Shown one piece after another: positions 10,189 to 19,900 of a DNA stretch of 64,000 nt. Origin of the DNA: Gemmatimonadota bacterium. GTDB taxonomy: Bacteria; Gemmatimonadota; Gemmatimonadetes; Palauibacterales; Palauibacteraceae. Made by a program: the position numbers and the translations under genes. Each line of letters begins with the position of its first letter. Positions within the stretch are counted from its first letter, which is position 1. Where the stretch lies: positions 608,001 through 672,000 of the forward strand of contig OZ220691.1 of assembly GCA_965116475.1 (NCBI GenBank), in the 5' to 3' direction. The notes below the pieces were generated by a model. The model saw nothing but the letters and a program-made list of their open reading frames with translations. It was not told the DNA's origin and did not search any database.

Positions 10189-12680
10189 TCCGTCCGCCCG
10201 CCGGCGACTCCTTCCGGCTCCGCGGCCGGCTCCGAGTCCGCGTCCGAGTCCGCGTCCGAGTCCGAGTCCGAGTCCGGGAGCGAATCCAGCGCGGGGATGG
10301 GGCCGGTGTCGCCCTGCGCGGCCTGCTCGAGGTCGATCGGGGCCGACGCGCCCTTCTCCCCCGCGGTCGCGGCCGCCTCCTCCACGCCGCTCTTCTCCGG
10401 CCCTCCACCGGTGGCCGTCCGGCCGGGACCGGCGGGCGTCTCGGCGGACGCCGTCGGCTTCGGATAGTCGATGCGGTGGTGATAGAGCCCCGTGAGGACG
10501 TGCGCGAACTCGCGCTTGACGATGCGGACGTCCCGGTACGTGAGCGGGCAGTCGTCGAGTTCGCCGTGGTCGATGCGGTCCTCCACGAGGCGGTCGATGA
10601 GCGCCCGGATGCGCTCGGGACTCGGGTTCGAGAGGACTCGGGACGCGGCTTCGACCGCATCCGCGAGCATCGCCACGCCCGTCTCCCTGGTCTGCGGCTT
10701 GGGGCCGGGGTAGGCGAAGTCGCTCGGGTCCACCTCCGCGACGCCGTCCTGCGCGCGCGCCTTCTCGAGGAAGTAGCGGATGAGCTGCGTCCCGTGGTGC
10801 TCGCGGATGAAGTCCTTCACGACCTCGGGCAGGCGCGCCTCCTCGGCCATGACGAGCCCGTGGCGCACGTGGTCGCGCAGGATCTCGGCGCTCTGCCACG
10901 GGGTGAGATGGTCGTGCGGGTTCAGCCCCCGCGGCTGGTTCTCGATGAAGTACTGCGGACGCTCGAGCTTCCCGATGTCGTGGTAGTAGACCCCCACGCG
11001 GCCCTGGACGGCGTCGGCCCCGATCGCCTCGCAGGCCGCCTCGACGAGGTTCGCGACGTTGATCGAGTGGGCGTAGGTGCCGGGCGCCTCGCGCGCCAGC
11101 CGCCTCAGCAGCGGCCGGTTCATGTCGGAGAGTTCGAGGAGCGACGCCTCCGTCGTCCGTCCGGTGAAGGTCTCGAGCAGCGGAAGGCCGACGCCGACGC
11201 CGAGTCCCGTACACACGGTGGCGTTGAGGAACCCGAGCGCCGCGGTCGAACCCAGCTCGCCCAGCGCGTAGTGGCCCGTGAGGACGAGCAGCAGGCCGGC
11301 CCCCACGTAAGCCGCCGTGATCAGCATCACGAGCACCCAGCTCTGCGAACGCGTGCGGATCGTGTGGACCGCGAAGGCCGCCGTGACCCCGCCCGCCACG
11401 GTCACCATGGGGGCCGCGAGTCCCGAGAAGTGCGGCTGGCCCATGAGGATCCCCGTGATCGTCGAAACGACGACGAGGCCGAGCAGGCTGTCGAACAGCG
11501 CCGCCGCGAGCAGGCCGGCCAGCGCGACCGGCACGAGCGCGGGCGAACCCTCGGTGGCGGCCACGGCGCCGGCCGCCGCCATCACGATGACGACGAGCCC
11601 GAGGAGGACGGTGAAGCTGGGAAGGTTCTCGTAGATGTCGCGGCGGAAGCGGAACGTCGCGAAGACGAGAATGCCGAGCATGCTCACGACGAGGAGGACC
11701 ATGCCCACGTTGCGGAGAAAGTCCGACGTCGTCCGCGTCCCCCCGCGCTCCAGGATCTGGGCCTGGTAGGCGAGGAGTCGGCGGTACTCCTCCTCCGTCA
11801 CCACCGTGTTTTCGGTGATGATGCGCTCCCCCTCGAGCACGAAGCCCTCCACCTGGGGGATCGCGGCCCGGGCCTGCTCCAGCGCCTGCCGGGTCGCGTC
11901 CTGGTCGATGCGCAGCGTCGGCTGCCCCAGGAGGAGGAGTTGCTGGAAGAGCGCCGCTCCCCCGGGCGGCAGCCGGTCTCCCACGCCCTCCCGGGCCGCC
12001 CGCGTGAAGTCGCCGAGCCGGACGAGGTCCCCGACGGCCCGCACCCGGTCATCGCCGGACGATCCCTCGCGCACGACGACGTTCGCGGCGCTGATGTCCG
12101 CGAGTTCGCTCTCGCGGATCACGCCCTCGCGCAGTCCCTCGAAGGCCGTCTCGAGTTCGTCGCGAAGCTGGGTGCGCGACGCGCCGTCGAGGAGGTAGTC
12201 GACCTGGAGCGAGTCGATCACCCCCTCGGCCGTGAGGTCGATCCCGATCCCGCCCGCGACCCGCCGGACCTCGTCCCGGACGAGTGCGGTGTCGGCCGCG
12301 GGGACGGCGGGGACGATGGAATCGAGTTGTGCGATGAAGGCGTTCACCCGCTCGACGATGCTGTCCGCGCGCGCGGGTTCGAAGCGCAGCCTCGGCGTCA
12401 CGCCGGCCTCCGCGTCGTCCTGCTGCTCGCGGAGGCGGTCCGGGTCCTTGGGCACGTCGAAGTCGAAGTCCGCGTTGATCGTCTGCCGGGCGACGCTGCC
12501 GGGGTCGATGCCGTCGAACCGGCCCGGCGTGCTCTGCGGGAACATGAGGGGGACGGCGAGGGCGATGACGGCGACCATCCCGGCCCGGAATCCGTGGTGG
12601 ACCCACTCGTCCCGGCGGCCGCCGGCCGGCGGCCGGTTCACGGGGCGGAGGTAGTCTCGGACGCGGCCGAAGAAACTCAA
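10185..12680 (-). CDS. 7TM-HD phosphohydrolase (PgpH/YqfF-like, putative c-di-AMP phosphodiesterase)
   Basis: Extracellular domain plus 7 TM helices, then APGTYAHS, YYHDIGK, EHHGT, YPGPKPQT, MLADAVEAASR. Low-complexity D/S tail. Confidence 0.88.
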   Translation of the reverse strand: MSFFGRVRDYLRPVNRPPAGGRRDEWVHHGFRAGMVAVIALAVPLMFPQSTPGRFDGIDPGSVARQTINADFDFDVPKDPDRLREQQDDAEAGVTPRLRFEPARADSIVERVNAFIAQLDSIVPAVPAADTALVRDEVRRVAGGIGIDLTAEGVIDSLQVDYLLDGASRTQLRDELETAFEGLREGVIRESELADISAANVVVREGSSGDDRVRAVGDLVRLGDFTRAAREGVGDRLPPGGAALFQQLLLLGQPTLRIDQDATRQALEQARAAIPQVEGFVLEGERIITENTVVTEEEYRRLLAYQAQILERGGTRTTSDFLRNVGMVLLVVSMLGILVFATFRFRRDIYENLPSFTVLLGLVVIVMAAAGAVAATEGSPALVPVALAGLLAAALFDSLLGLVVVSTITGILMGQPHFSGLAAPMVTVAGGVTAAFAVHTIRTRSQSWVLVMLITAAYVGAGLLLVLTGHYALGELGSTAALGFLNATVCTGLGVGVGLPLLETFTGRTTEASLLELSDMNRPLLRRLAREAPGTYAHSINVANLVEAACEAIGADAVQGRVGVYYHDIGKLERPQYFIENQPRGLNPHDHLTPWQSAEILRDHVRHGLVMAEEARLPEVVKDFIREHHGTQLIRYFLEKARAQDGVAEVDPSDFAYPGPKPQTRETGVAMLADAVEAASRVLSNPSPERIRALIDRLVEDRIDHGELDDCPLTYRDVRIVKREFAHVLTGLYHHRIDYPKPTASAETPAGPGRTATGGGPEKSGVEEAAATAGEKGASAPIDLEQAAQGDTGPIPALDSLPDSDSDSDADSDADSEPAAEPEGVAGGRTD

Positions 12681-13651
12681 CGCTCGGACTCCCGGTACGC
12701 GCGGATGATCTCCTTCACGAGTCGGTGCCGGACGACATCCGCGTCATCCAGATAAACGAAGTCGATCCCGACCACGTCGCGCAAGACGTCCTCGATCTCC
12801 AGGAGTCCCGAATCCTCGGGACGCGGGAGGTCGATCTGCGTCTTGTCCCCCGTGATCACGGTCCTGGAGTTCAGCCCCAGCCGGGTGAGAAACATCTTCA
12901 TCTGGGCGGCCGTCGCGTTCTGCGCCTCGTCGAGGATGAGGAACGCGTCGGAGAGCGTCCGGCCGCGCATGTACGCGAGCGGGGCGACCTCGATCACGCG
13001 GTCCTCGATCGCGCGGCGGACGCGGTCGTGCGGCATCATGTCCTCGAGCGCGTCGTAGAGCGGGCGCAGGTAGGGGTCGACCTTCTCGCGGATGTCGCCG
13101 GGCAGGAAGCCGAGCGCCTCGCCGGCTTCGACCGCGGGCCGGGTAAGAATTATGCGGCGGATCCGCTTCCGGTTGAGCGCCTCGACCGCGGCGGCGACGG
13201 CGAGATAGGTCTTTCCGGTGCCGGCCGGGCCGATGCCGACGACGATGTCCCGCTCGCGAATCGCGGCCAGGTACTTGTCCTGTCCCGGGGACTTGGGCCG
13301 GATCGTCCGCCGGGCCCCGGCCAGCGCGACCTCCGATTGGCCGGAACCGCCGGAATTCCCGGCGGCGGCGGATTTCCGCGACCCGTCATCGCCGTCGGCC
13401 GGTGCTTCGAGAAAACGCTCGACATCCACCGCGCCGAAGGGACGCCGCAGCCGCGCGTAGCGGATCATGCGCCGCGCGGTGGGGGAGGCCCGATCCACGT
13501 CCGCCTGCGGTCCGGAGAGGATCATCTCGTCGCGCCGGAGGACGACGCGGATGTCGCAGTGGCGGGCCAGCGTCGTGAGGTTCGAGTCGTTCACGCCGGC
13601 CAGCAACTGCTGGTCGGCCCCTTCGATGGAGAGGCGCCGCTCCGTCGCCAC
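12677..13651 (-). CDS. phoH: PhoH-family ATPase
   Basis: GPAGTGKT, RPAVEAGE.LGFLPGD, YMRGRT, DEAQN, GDKTQIDL. GTG start at 13651 or TTG at 13657. Confidence 0.92.
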   Translation of the reverse strand: MATERRLSIEGADQQLLAGVNDSNLTTLARHCDIRVVLRRDEMILSGPQADVDRASPTARRMIRYARLRRPFGAVDVERFLEAPADGDDGSRKSAAAGNSGGSGQSEVALAGARRTIRPKSPGQDKYLAAIRERDIVVGIGPAGTGKTYLAVAAAVEALNRKRIRRIILTRPAVEAGEALGFLPGDIREKVDPYLRPLYDALEDMMPHDRVRRAIEDRVIEVAPLAYMRGRTLSDAFLILDEAQNATAAQMKMFLTRLGLNSRTVITGDKTQIDLPRPEDSGLLEIEDVLRDVVGIDFVYLDDADVVRHRLVKEIIRAYRESER

Positions 13652-13653
13652 GC

Positions 13654-15435
13654 TCAAGTCCCGTTGCCTCCGGTCCCTCCCGTCACGGAGATGCCGAGTT
13701 CCTCGAGTTCGGCCGGGGTCACGGACGATGGCGACCGCTCGAGCAGGCCTCTGGCCGCGGCCGTCTTCGGGAACGCGATGACGTCCCGGATCGACGCGCA
13801 GCCGACCATCTCGGCCACCAGGCGGTCCATGCCGACCGCGAACCCTCCGTGCGGCGGGACGCCGTAGCGGAACGCCTCGAGCAGGAAACCGAAGCGCGCC
13901 TCGACCTCCTCGGGCGTGAGCCCCGTCGCCTCGAGGATGACGCGCTGCACCTCGGGCAGGTGGCAGCGGATGCTTCCGCTGGCCAACTCGATCCCGTTGT
14001 AGACGAGGTCGTAGGCGACCGCGTTCACGGAGAGCGGGTCTTCGCGCAGCCGCTCGGGGTCGGGGTCGGCGGGCATCGTGAAGGCGTGCTGGGCCGGCAC
14101 GGGAAGGCCGGTGTCCGGGTCCTGCGCGTAGAGGGGGAACTCCGTGATCCAGAGCCACGCTTCCCCGCTCTCGTTCACGGCGCCGAGTTCGCGGGCCACC
14201 GCGCGCCGCAGCCGGTCGAGGGCCGGCGAGCTCTCCGCGTCGCGGCCGGCGACGAAGAAGACGAGGTCGCCCTCCCGCACGCCGAACTCCGCCTCGAGCG
14301 CGCGCCCGACCTCCTCGCCGATGACCTTCGCGGGCGGACCGGACCAGCCGTCGGCGGTGCGCTTCAGCCACAGGGCGCCCCTCGCGCCGGCCTCCTGGGC
14401 AAGCTTGTCGTAGTGGGCGATCCGCGAGCGGGAGAGCGCCGCGCCGCCCGGCACGACGAGCCCGCGCACGCGGCCGCCGGCCCGCGCGGCGCCGTCGAAG
14501 ATGCCGAACCCGATGCCGGTGAGCGCGTCCGTGAAATCCCGTATCTCCCAGGGGATGCGGAGGTCGGGCTTGTCCGTGCCGTAGCGCTCCAGCGCCTCGG
14601 CGTGGGGCAGGCGCCTGAAGGGGACGGCGAGGTCCCGCTCGAGTCCGTCCCGCCAGATGCGCGCGAACATCTTCTCCGCGGCGCGGAAGACGTCGTCCTG
14701 CTCGACGAACGCCATCTCCACGTCGATCTGCGTGAATTCGGGCTGTCGGTCCGCCCGCAGGTCCTCGTCCCGGAGACACTTCGCGATCTGGAAGTAGCGG
14801 TCGAAGCCGCCGCACATGAGAAGCTGCTTGTAGAGCTGCGGCGACTGCGGGAGGGCGAAGAACCGGCCCTGGTGGACCCGGCTGGGGACGAGATAGTCCC
14901 GCGCGCCCTCCGGCGTCTGCCGCGTGAGGAGCGGGGTCTCGATCTCGATGAATCCCTGCTCGGAAAGCGAGGCGCGCACCGCGTTCGTCGCCACGTGCCG
15001 CAGCCTCAAGTTGCGCTGCATCTCGGGACGGCGCAGGTCGAGGATGCGGTGCTTGAGGCGCAGTTCCTCCGAGGGCAGCTCTTCGTCCGGGGGCTGGTAG
15101 ACGAGGATCGGGAGGGCGTCGGAGACGGACACGCGCCGCAGACTCGACACGCGAACCTCGACCTCGCCCGTGAGCATCTCCGGGTTGGGCTCGGGGCGCG
15201 GCGCGACGACGCCGGTCGCCTGCACGACATCCTCCGGGTTCAGCGCCGCCACGAGCGCGAGGCTGGCGCCATCCGACCACTCCGGGCCGAAGGACAGCTG
15301 GAGCAGGCCGGTCCGGTCGCGCAGGTCGACGAAGAAGAGTCCTCCGAGGTCCCGGCGGCGGTGCACCCACCCGATGACCCGGACTTCGCGTCCGGACCAC
15401 GAGGCCTCGACCTGCCCGCAGCCGGCGTCGCGCAA
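13654..15435 (-). CDS. aspS: Aspartate--tRNA ligase (start uncertain, may be somewhat further upstream)
   Basis: RRRDLGG.FFVDLRD OB fold, TPEGARDYLVPSR, QSPQLYKQ, RDEDLRADRQPEFTQ, PPHGG..GMDR. Confidence 0.95.
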   Translation of the reverse strand: MRDAGCGQVEASWSGREVRVIGWVHRRRDLGGLFFVDLRDRTGLLQLSFGPEWSDGASLALVAALNPEDVVQATGVVAPRPEPNPEMLTGEVEVRVSSLRRVSVSDALPILVYQPPDEELPSEELRLKHRILDLRRPEMQRNLRLRHVATNAVRASLSEQGFIEIETPLLTRQTPEGARDYLVPSRVHQGRFFALPQSPQLYKQLLMCGGFDRYFQIAKCLRDEDLRADRQPEFTQIDVEMAFVEQDDVFRAAEKMFARIWRDGLERDLAVPFRRLPHAEALERYGTDKPDLRIPWEIRDFTDALTGIGFGIFDGAARAGGRVRGLVVPGGAALSRSRIAHYDKLAQEAGARGALWLKRTADGWSGPPAKVIGEEVGRALEAEFGVREGDLVFFVAGRDAESSPALDRLRRAVARELGAVNESGEAWLWITEFPLYAQDPDTGLPVPAQHAFTMPADPDPERLREDPLSVNAVAYDLVYNGIELASGSIRCHLPEVQRVILEATGLTPEEVEARFGFLLEAFRYGVPPHGGFAVGMDRLVAEMVGCASIRDVIAFPKTAAARGLLERSPSSVTPAELEELGISVTGGTGGNGT

Positions 15436-15573
15436 GGCGGTCTCGAGGGAGGCCGGCTCACGCCGTTCGGTCGGTAGCGATAGTTTGGTCAGGAGAACTC
15501 GCGGCGTAAGGGATTCGGCTCGGAATCGGTCCCGAGAAGTGCGGAACGCCGCGAAAGATAGCCGATTTTCGGC

Positions 15574-15659
15574 AGCGCCAGCAAGAAGCGCCGACAAGAA
15601 GCGCCGACAAGAAGCGCCGGCAGGAAGCGCCGGCAGGAAGCGCCGGCGGGAAGCGGGGG
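15574..15659. repeat. Six drifting 13-bp tandem units (AGCGCCRRCRRGA) immediately upstream of the rlmN ATG
   Basis: AGCGCCAGCAAGA, AGCGCCGACAAGA x2, AGCGCCGGCAGGA x2, AGCGCCGGCGGGA. Confidence 0.9.
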
Positions 15660-16730
15660 ATGACGGAAAGCACACGAGCGGAACTGCTCGCGGAGCCGGG
15701 AGACGGCGGGCGGGCGCGGCTGGCGGCGTTCTTCGCCGCGCGCGGAGAGCCGGCGTACCGGGCGCGGCAGGTGGAGAGGTGGGTCTGGGAGCGGGGCGCG
15801 CGTTCGTTCGACGAGATGACGAACGTCCCCGCCGGCCTGCGGGAAGCGCTGGGCGCGGCTTTCTCCCTCACTCCGATCAAACCGGACTACGTGGCCCGCT
15901 CGAAGGACGGGACGGTGAAGCACCTGTGGCGGCTCGACGACGGCGAGCGGGTCGAGTCCGTGCTCATCCCGACGCGCGACCGCCTCACGCTCTGTCTCTC
16001 GTCGCAGGCCGGCTGCGCGCTCGCGTGCCGCTTCTGCGCCACCGGCGACTTCGGGTTCCGGCGCCAGTTGAGGGCGGCGGAGATCGTGGCGCAGTACCGC
16101 GACTCCCTGCGACTCGCCCGCGAGGAGATGGGGCGCCCCGCGTCCAGTCCGATCTCCAACGTCGTGTACATGGGGATGGGAGAACCGCTGGCGAACCTCG
16201 ATGGGGTCATCGGATCGCTCGCCTCCCTGCACGGCGGGTTCGGTCTCGGGGCGCGGCGGATCACCGTGTCGACGGTGGGACTCATCCCCGGGATCCTGGA
16301 ACTCGCCCGGCGCCCGGAGCCGTTCGAACTCGCCGTCTCGCTGCACGCGCCGTCCCACGAACTGCGGCTCGAGCTGATGCCGATCGAGAAGCGCTACCCG
16401 CTGCCGGAGCTGTTCGAGGCCCTGCGCACGTATCAGGGCTACAAGAACCGGCGCATCAGCTTCGAGTACACGCTCATCCGGGGGGTGAACGACGACCCGG
16501 CGCTGGCGGAGCCGCTGGCGAGGCTGGCGCGGGGGCTCATCTGCTTCGTGAATCTCATCCCCTTCAACCCCATCCCGTCGCGTCCGGAGTGGGGTCCGAG
16601 TTCGGCCGAGGGGATCGCGCGTTTTTCGGAGGCGCTCGCCGCGCGGGGCGTGGGCAATGCGGTGAGGAGGCCGCGGGGACGGGACATCGCCGCCGCGTGC
16701 GGACAGCTGCGCCTGTCGCGGGAGAGCTAG
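15660..16730 (+). CDS. rlmN: 23S rRNA m2A2503/tRNA methyltransferase RlmN (radical SAM)
   Basis: SSQAGCALACRFCATG, MGMGEP, SLHA, DIAAACGQL. Confidence 0.95.
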   Translation: MTESTRAELLAEPGDGGRARLAAFFAARGEPAYRARQVERWVWERGARSFDEMTNVPAGLREALGAAFSLTPIKPDYVARSKDGTVKHLWRLDDGERVESVLIPTRDRLTLCLSSQAGCALACRFCATGDFGFRRQLRAAEIVAQYRDSLRLAREEMGRPASSPISNVVYMGMGEPLANLDGVIGSLASLHGGFGLGARRITVSTVGLIPGILELARRPEPFELAVSLHAPSHELRLELMPIEKRYPLPELFEALRTYQGYKNRRISFEYTLIRGVNDDPALAEPLARLARGLICFVNLIPFNPIPSRPEWGPSSAEGIARFSEALAARGVGNAVRRPRGRDIAAACGQLRLSRES

Positions 16731-16765
16731 CGCCTGCGGGCGCGCCTGCGGGGGCGCCCGGGGGG
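16730..16765. repeat. 12-bp tandem repeat x3 (GCGCCTGCGGGS) between convergent genes
   Basis: Read directly from the sequence. Confidence 0.7.
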
Positions 16766-16775
16766 GAAGTGCCGC

Positions 16776-17387
16776 TCAGTCCTTGCCGAGGTTGACGAGC
16801 AGGCCCGCCCAGTCGCCCCCGACCACCACGCTCGCATCGAGATAGAGTTCGGGATTGATGGCGACGGCCAGCGAATCGGTGCTCAGCTCGCGGGCCACGG
16901 TGATCGCGGCGCCGAGACGGCCCGACCGATCCAGGACGTGCGTGACCCTGTGGTCGAAGTGCTCGGCGTTGCCGGTCGCGACGACGTCGAAGCCGAGGAG
17001 GCGGAGCCGGTCGGCGAACTGACGCGCGAGGCCCCGCTCTCCGGCCCCGTTGAGGACCTCGACCTTGATCCGGTCCGTCAGGTCCCCCCGCGCGGGAATC
17101 TCCCCCGTCGCGGAACCCGTCGCCGTGGAACCGTCGTCCGCCGCGGGCGCCGCGGTCGCGGCCGGTACGGGTGCGGCTCCGGCCAGGACCGCGAGTCGCA
17201 CGGCTTTCCATTCCTCCCAGAAGAGACCGATGAAGGCGCCGGCGCCGATGAGGATCGCCGTCGTGATCAGTCCCCGGAAGGCGGAAGCCACTCGCTGGAA
17301 GGCGCCCTGCCGCCTGCGATAGCGGGTATGACCCTCGGGACCTCGTCGGGTTTCCCGCCTGGACCGCCGTCTGGACCTCGAAAGCAC
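16776..17387 (-). CDS. LytR C-terminal domain-containing membrane protein (start uncertain)
   Basis: Single TM helix, then IKVEVLNGAGERGLA...GFDVVATGNA...VVVGGD LytR_C pattern. Confidence 0.75.
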   Translation of the reverse strand: MLSRSRRRSRRETRRGPEGHTRYRRRQGAFQRVASAFRGLITTAILIGAGAFIGLFWEEWKAVRLAVLAGAAPVPAATAAPAADDGSTATGSATGEIPARGDLTDRIKVEVLNGAGERGLARQFADRLRLLGFDVVATGNAEHFDHRVTHVLDRSGRLGAAITVARELSTDSLAVAINPELYLDASVVVGGDWAGLLVNLGKD

Positions 17388-17487
17388 TTTGTCGCCTCCC
17401 GTCGTCCTCCCGTCCTCCCATCGACCGTGCTCGGCCGCCTCCTTGGCAATCTAATCAACCAATTCGCGATGTGCGAAAAACGGGCCG

Positions 17488-18069
17488 TCAGCGCGGGGTG
17501 GTGATCTCCTCCCAGAACCCGGCGGTCGCGGCGGATACGGGGATCTGGGCGTCGATGAGAATGCCGATCTTCGCGGTCGCGACGTCGAGGAGAACGGCGT
17601 GCCAGTCGTCCGGCATGCGGCCGCGCAGGCCGGCCCGTTCGGGGGCCGAGGCGAGGCGGCCGGGCTCCAGGAAATCGGCCATGTAGAGGGCGTGCCCGAG
17701 GGCGTCGAGATCCCGGTGTCCGGTGGTGTGGAAGGCGATGGCTCGCAGGAGCGGCTCGTCGTCGACGCCGGTCGCCCGCAGCCGGTTCGCGCACGCCGGA
17801 CCGTGGAGTAGCGCGTCGGGCCACCCTTCCGACCCGTCAACGAGCGGACGCAGGGCGTCGACGCCTTCTTCCTTTAGCGCGTCGTGCAGAAGGCCTGCCG
17901 CGCGCCAGCGGATCCGCGTCTCCGCGTCGTGCCCGAGGGCGTCCGCCCAGTCCCGGAGCAACTGGCCGACCCGCCCGGCGTGGCGAATGCGGGCGGGGCT
18001 CATGACGGCCCAGTCCGGGAGACGCGCCTCGGCGCCGGCCGCGTGAATGATCGGGTGAAGCTTGTCCAC
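17488..18069 (-). CDS. HD-domain protein, YqeK-like (putative Ap4A hydrolase)
   Basis: RIRH, LLHDALKE, LLHGP, IAFHTTG, YMADFLEPGR. GTG start at 18069. Confidence 0.75.
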   Translation of the reverse strand: MDKLHPIIHAAGAEARLPDWAVMSPARIRHAGRVGQLLRDWADALGHDAETRIRWRAAGLLHDALKEEGVDALRPLVDGSEGWPDALLHGPACANRLRATGVDDEPLLRAIAFHTTGHRDLDALGHALYMADFLEPGRLASAPERAGLRGRMPDDWHAVLLDVATAKIGILIDAQIPVSAATAGFWEEITTPR

Positions 18070-18130
18070 GTGAGGTTCGTCTCGATCGGAGAGTTTGTCG
18101 GGATCGCGCGGGGCCCCGAATATAGTTTCA

Positions 18131-19900
18131 ATGGGCATCCGATACGACTCCCTCCTCGCCCGGGCCCTCGCCCGGGATATCCTCGATCGCTGGCGGGGCG
18201 TCCGCATCGCCGGGCTTCGCATGGCGTCGGGGCGGCGCGCCGTGGAACTCGCTTTCGAGGACGAGTCGCGGCTCGTCGCGATGCTGCACCCGCTGCACGG
18301 GTACGTGCTGGCGCTGGGGCCCGATGCGCCGGCCTCGGGGGTGGAGGGGAAGGCGCTGCGCGTCGGACGCCTGTCGCTCGTGGACGCGCGGGCGCCGGCG
18401 GACGAGCGCGCTCTGCTCCTGACGCTCGGCGACCGGGCGGGGCGGCCCTGGGAGATGCTCGCGATCGAACTTCCGACCCGCCGCCGGAACGCCGTGCACT
18501 GCCGGCGGGCGGAGTCGGACGCGGAATCGGACGCGGCATGGCGCATCGAAGCGGCGCTCCTCGCGAGGGATGCGGGCGACCGCGCGCTGCGTCGCGGGAC
18601 GGCGTACGTGCCGCCATCGTCGGCGCGGCAAGCCGTGGCCGCGCCGCCATCGGAGGCGGAATGGGCCGCCGTGCTGGCCGGCGACGAGGCCGACCGCCGC
18701 CGGGCCGTGCTGCGGACGTGGGCGTGGACGAGCGCGCTCAACGTCGACTGGATCCTGGCCGGCTCCGACCCGGCGGAGACGTACGCGCGATACCGGGCCC
18801 TGCACGCGCTCGCGGCGGCGCCCTCGGGGGGGCCGGCCGCATCCGATGCGCCGGGCACGCCGCCCCGGCCGGCCTTCGTGCTCGACCGCCCGTGGGGCCC
18901 CCAGCCCTATCCGCACCCCGCCGGGGCCGGCAGCGGGTCCGCCGCCGGACTGCTGACCGCGGCCGCGCAACTGCTCGGCCCCGGCGGCGGCCCCGCCCCC
19001 GCGCTTCAAGCCCTCCCCCAGGCGGCCGACGACGAGGATGCGGGGGACGAAGCCGCGCAGATCCGAAAACGCCTCCGAGCCCGCCGGAAGCGGCACGTGC
19101 GCCGGGCCGCCGCGCTCGAGCGGCAGTTGGCCGCGGCCGGTCCGCCGGACGAGCCGCGCCTCCTCGGCCAGATCCTCCTCGCCCGCAAGGACGAGGTGCC
19201 GAAGGGCGCCTCCGCTGTCACGCTGCCGGACTTCGACGGCGCGCCGCGCGAGATCGCGCTCGACCCCGCCCGCGACGTGGTCGCCAACGCGGAGGCTTTC
19301 TTCGACGAGGCCCGGCGCCGGGAGCGCGCGCTGGAGCGGCTACCCGGCGCGGTCGCGGCGGCCCGGGCGCGCGCGGCCGAGTTCGACGCCCACCTCGAGC
19401 GGCTCGCCGAGTCCGGCCCGTCGGCCGCCCTGTGGACCGCGGCCGGCGGGAAGCCGGTGCGCACCGGCGCGGGCGGCCGGCGGGCGGACCGTCCGGAACT
19501 CCGCGCGCCCTACTCGCGGCTCCGGTCCTCGGGCGGGCTGGAGATCCGGGTGGGGCGCGGCGCCCGCGACAATGACGACCTCACCTTCCGCCACTCCGCG
19601 CCGGACGACATCTGGCTGCACGCCTCCCAGGCCTCGGGCGCGCACGTGATTCTGCGCTGGGGGCGAAGGGACGAGAATCCGCCGCGGCGCGACCTGCTCG
19701 AAGCCGCGACCGTGGCGGCGGTCCACAGCGGCGCACGCCACAACCGCACGGCCCCGGTCGTCTGGACCCGCCGCAAGTACGTGCGCAAGCCGCGAAAATC
19801 CCCGCCGGGCACGGTAACCCCGGACCGCGTTCAGACGATCTTCGTCGAACCGGATTCGGACCTCGTGAAGGCGATGGTTCGGCGTACGGAGGAAGCATGA
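18131..19900 (+). CDS. NFACT family protein (RqcH/Rqc2/FbpA-like) with C-terminal NFACT-R RNA-binding domain
   Basis: IALDP...NAE.FF...R coiled coil; VGRGARDND.LT, DIWLHA..SGAHV, PPGTV. Confidence 0.85.
   Translation: MGIRYDSLLARALARDILDRWRGVRIAGLRMASGRRAVELAFEDESRLVAMLHPLHGYVLALGPDAPASGVEGKALRVGRLSLVDARAPADERALLLTLGDRAGRPWEMLAIELPTRRRNAVHCRRAESDAESDAAWRIEAALLARDAGDRALRRGTAYVPPSSARQAVAAPPSEAEWAAVLAGDEADRRRAVLRTWAWTSALNVDWILAGSDPAETYARYRALHALAAAPSGGPAASDAPGTPPRPAFVLDRPWGPQPYPHPAGAGSGSAAGLLTAAAQLLGPGGGPAPALQALPQAADDEDAGDEAAQIRKRLRARRKRHVRRAAALERQLAAAGPPDEPRLLGQILLARKDEVPKGASAVTLPDFDGAPREIALDPARDVVANAEAFFDEARRRERALERLPGAVAAARARAAEFDAHLERLAESGPSAALWTAAGGKPVRTGAGGRRADRPELRAPYSRLRSSGGLEIRVGRGARDNDDLTFRHSAPDDIWLHASQASGAHVILRWGRRDENPPRRDLLEAATVAAVHSGARHNRTAPVVWTRRKYVRKPRKSPPGTVTPDRVQTIFVEPDSDLVKAMVRRTEEA

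Noticed and set aside
12677-15400. 907-aa 'PhoH fusion' and other N-terminally extended ORF calls (ybeY, trpA, trpB, arginase, mutase, channel)
   Set aside because: The extensions overlap upstream genes in other frames. True starts were reassigned by motif and RBS or stop overlap.
15574-15659. Possible CRISPR array
   Set aside because: Units are contiguous 13-mers with no spacers, and there are no cas genes in the window.
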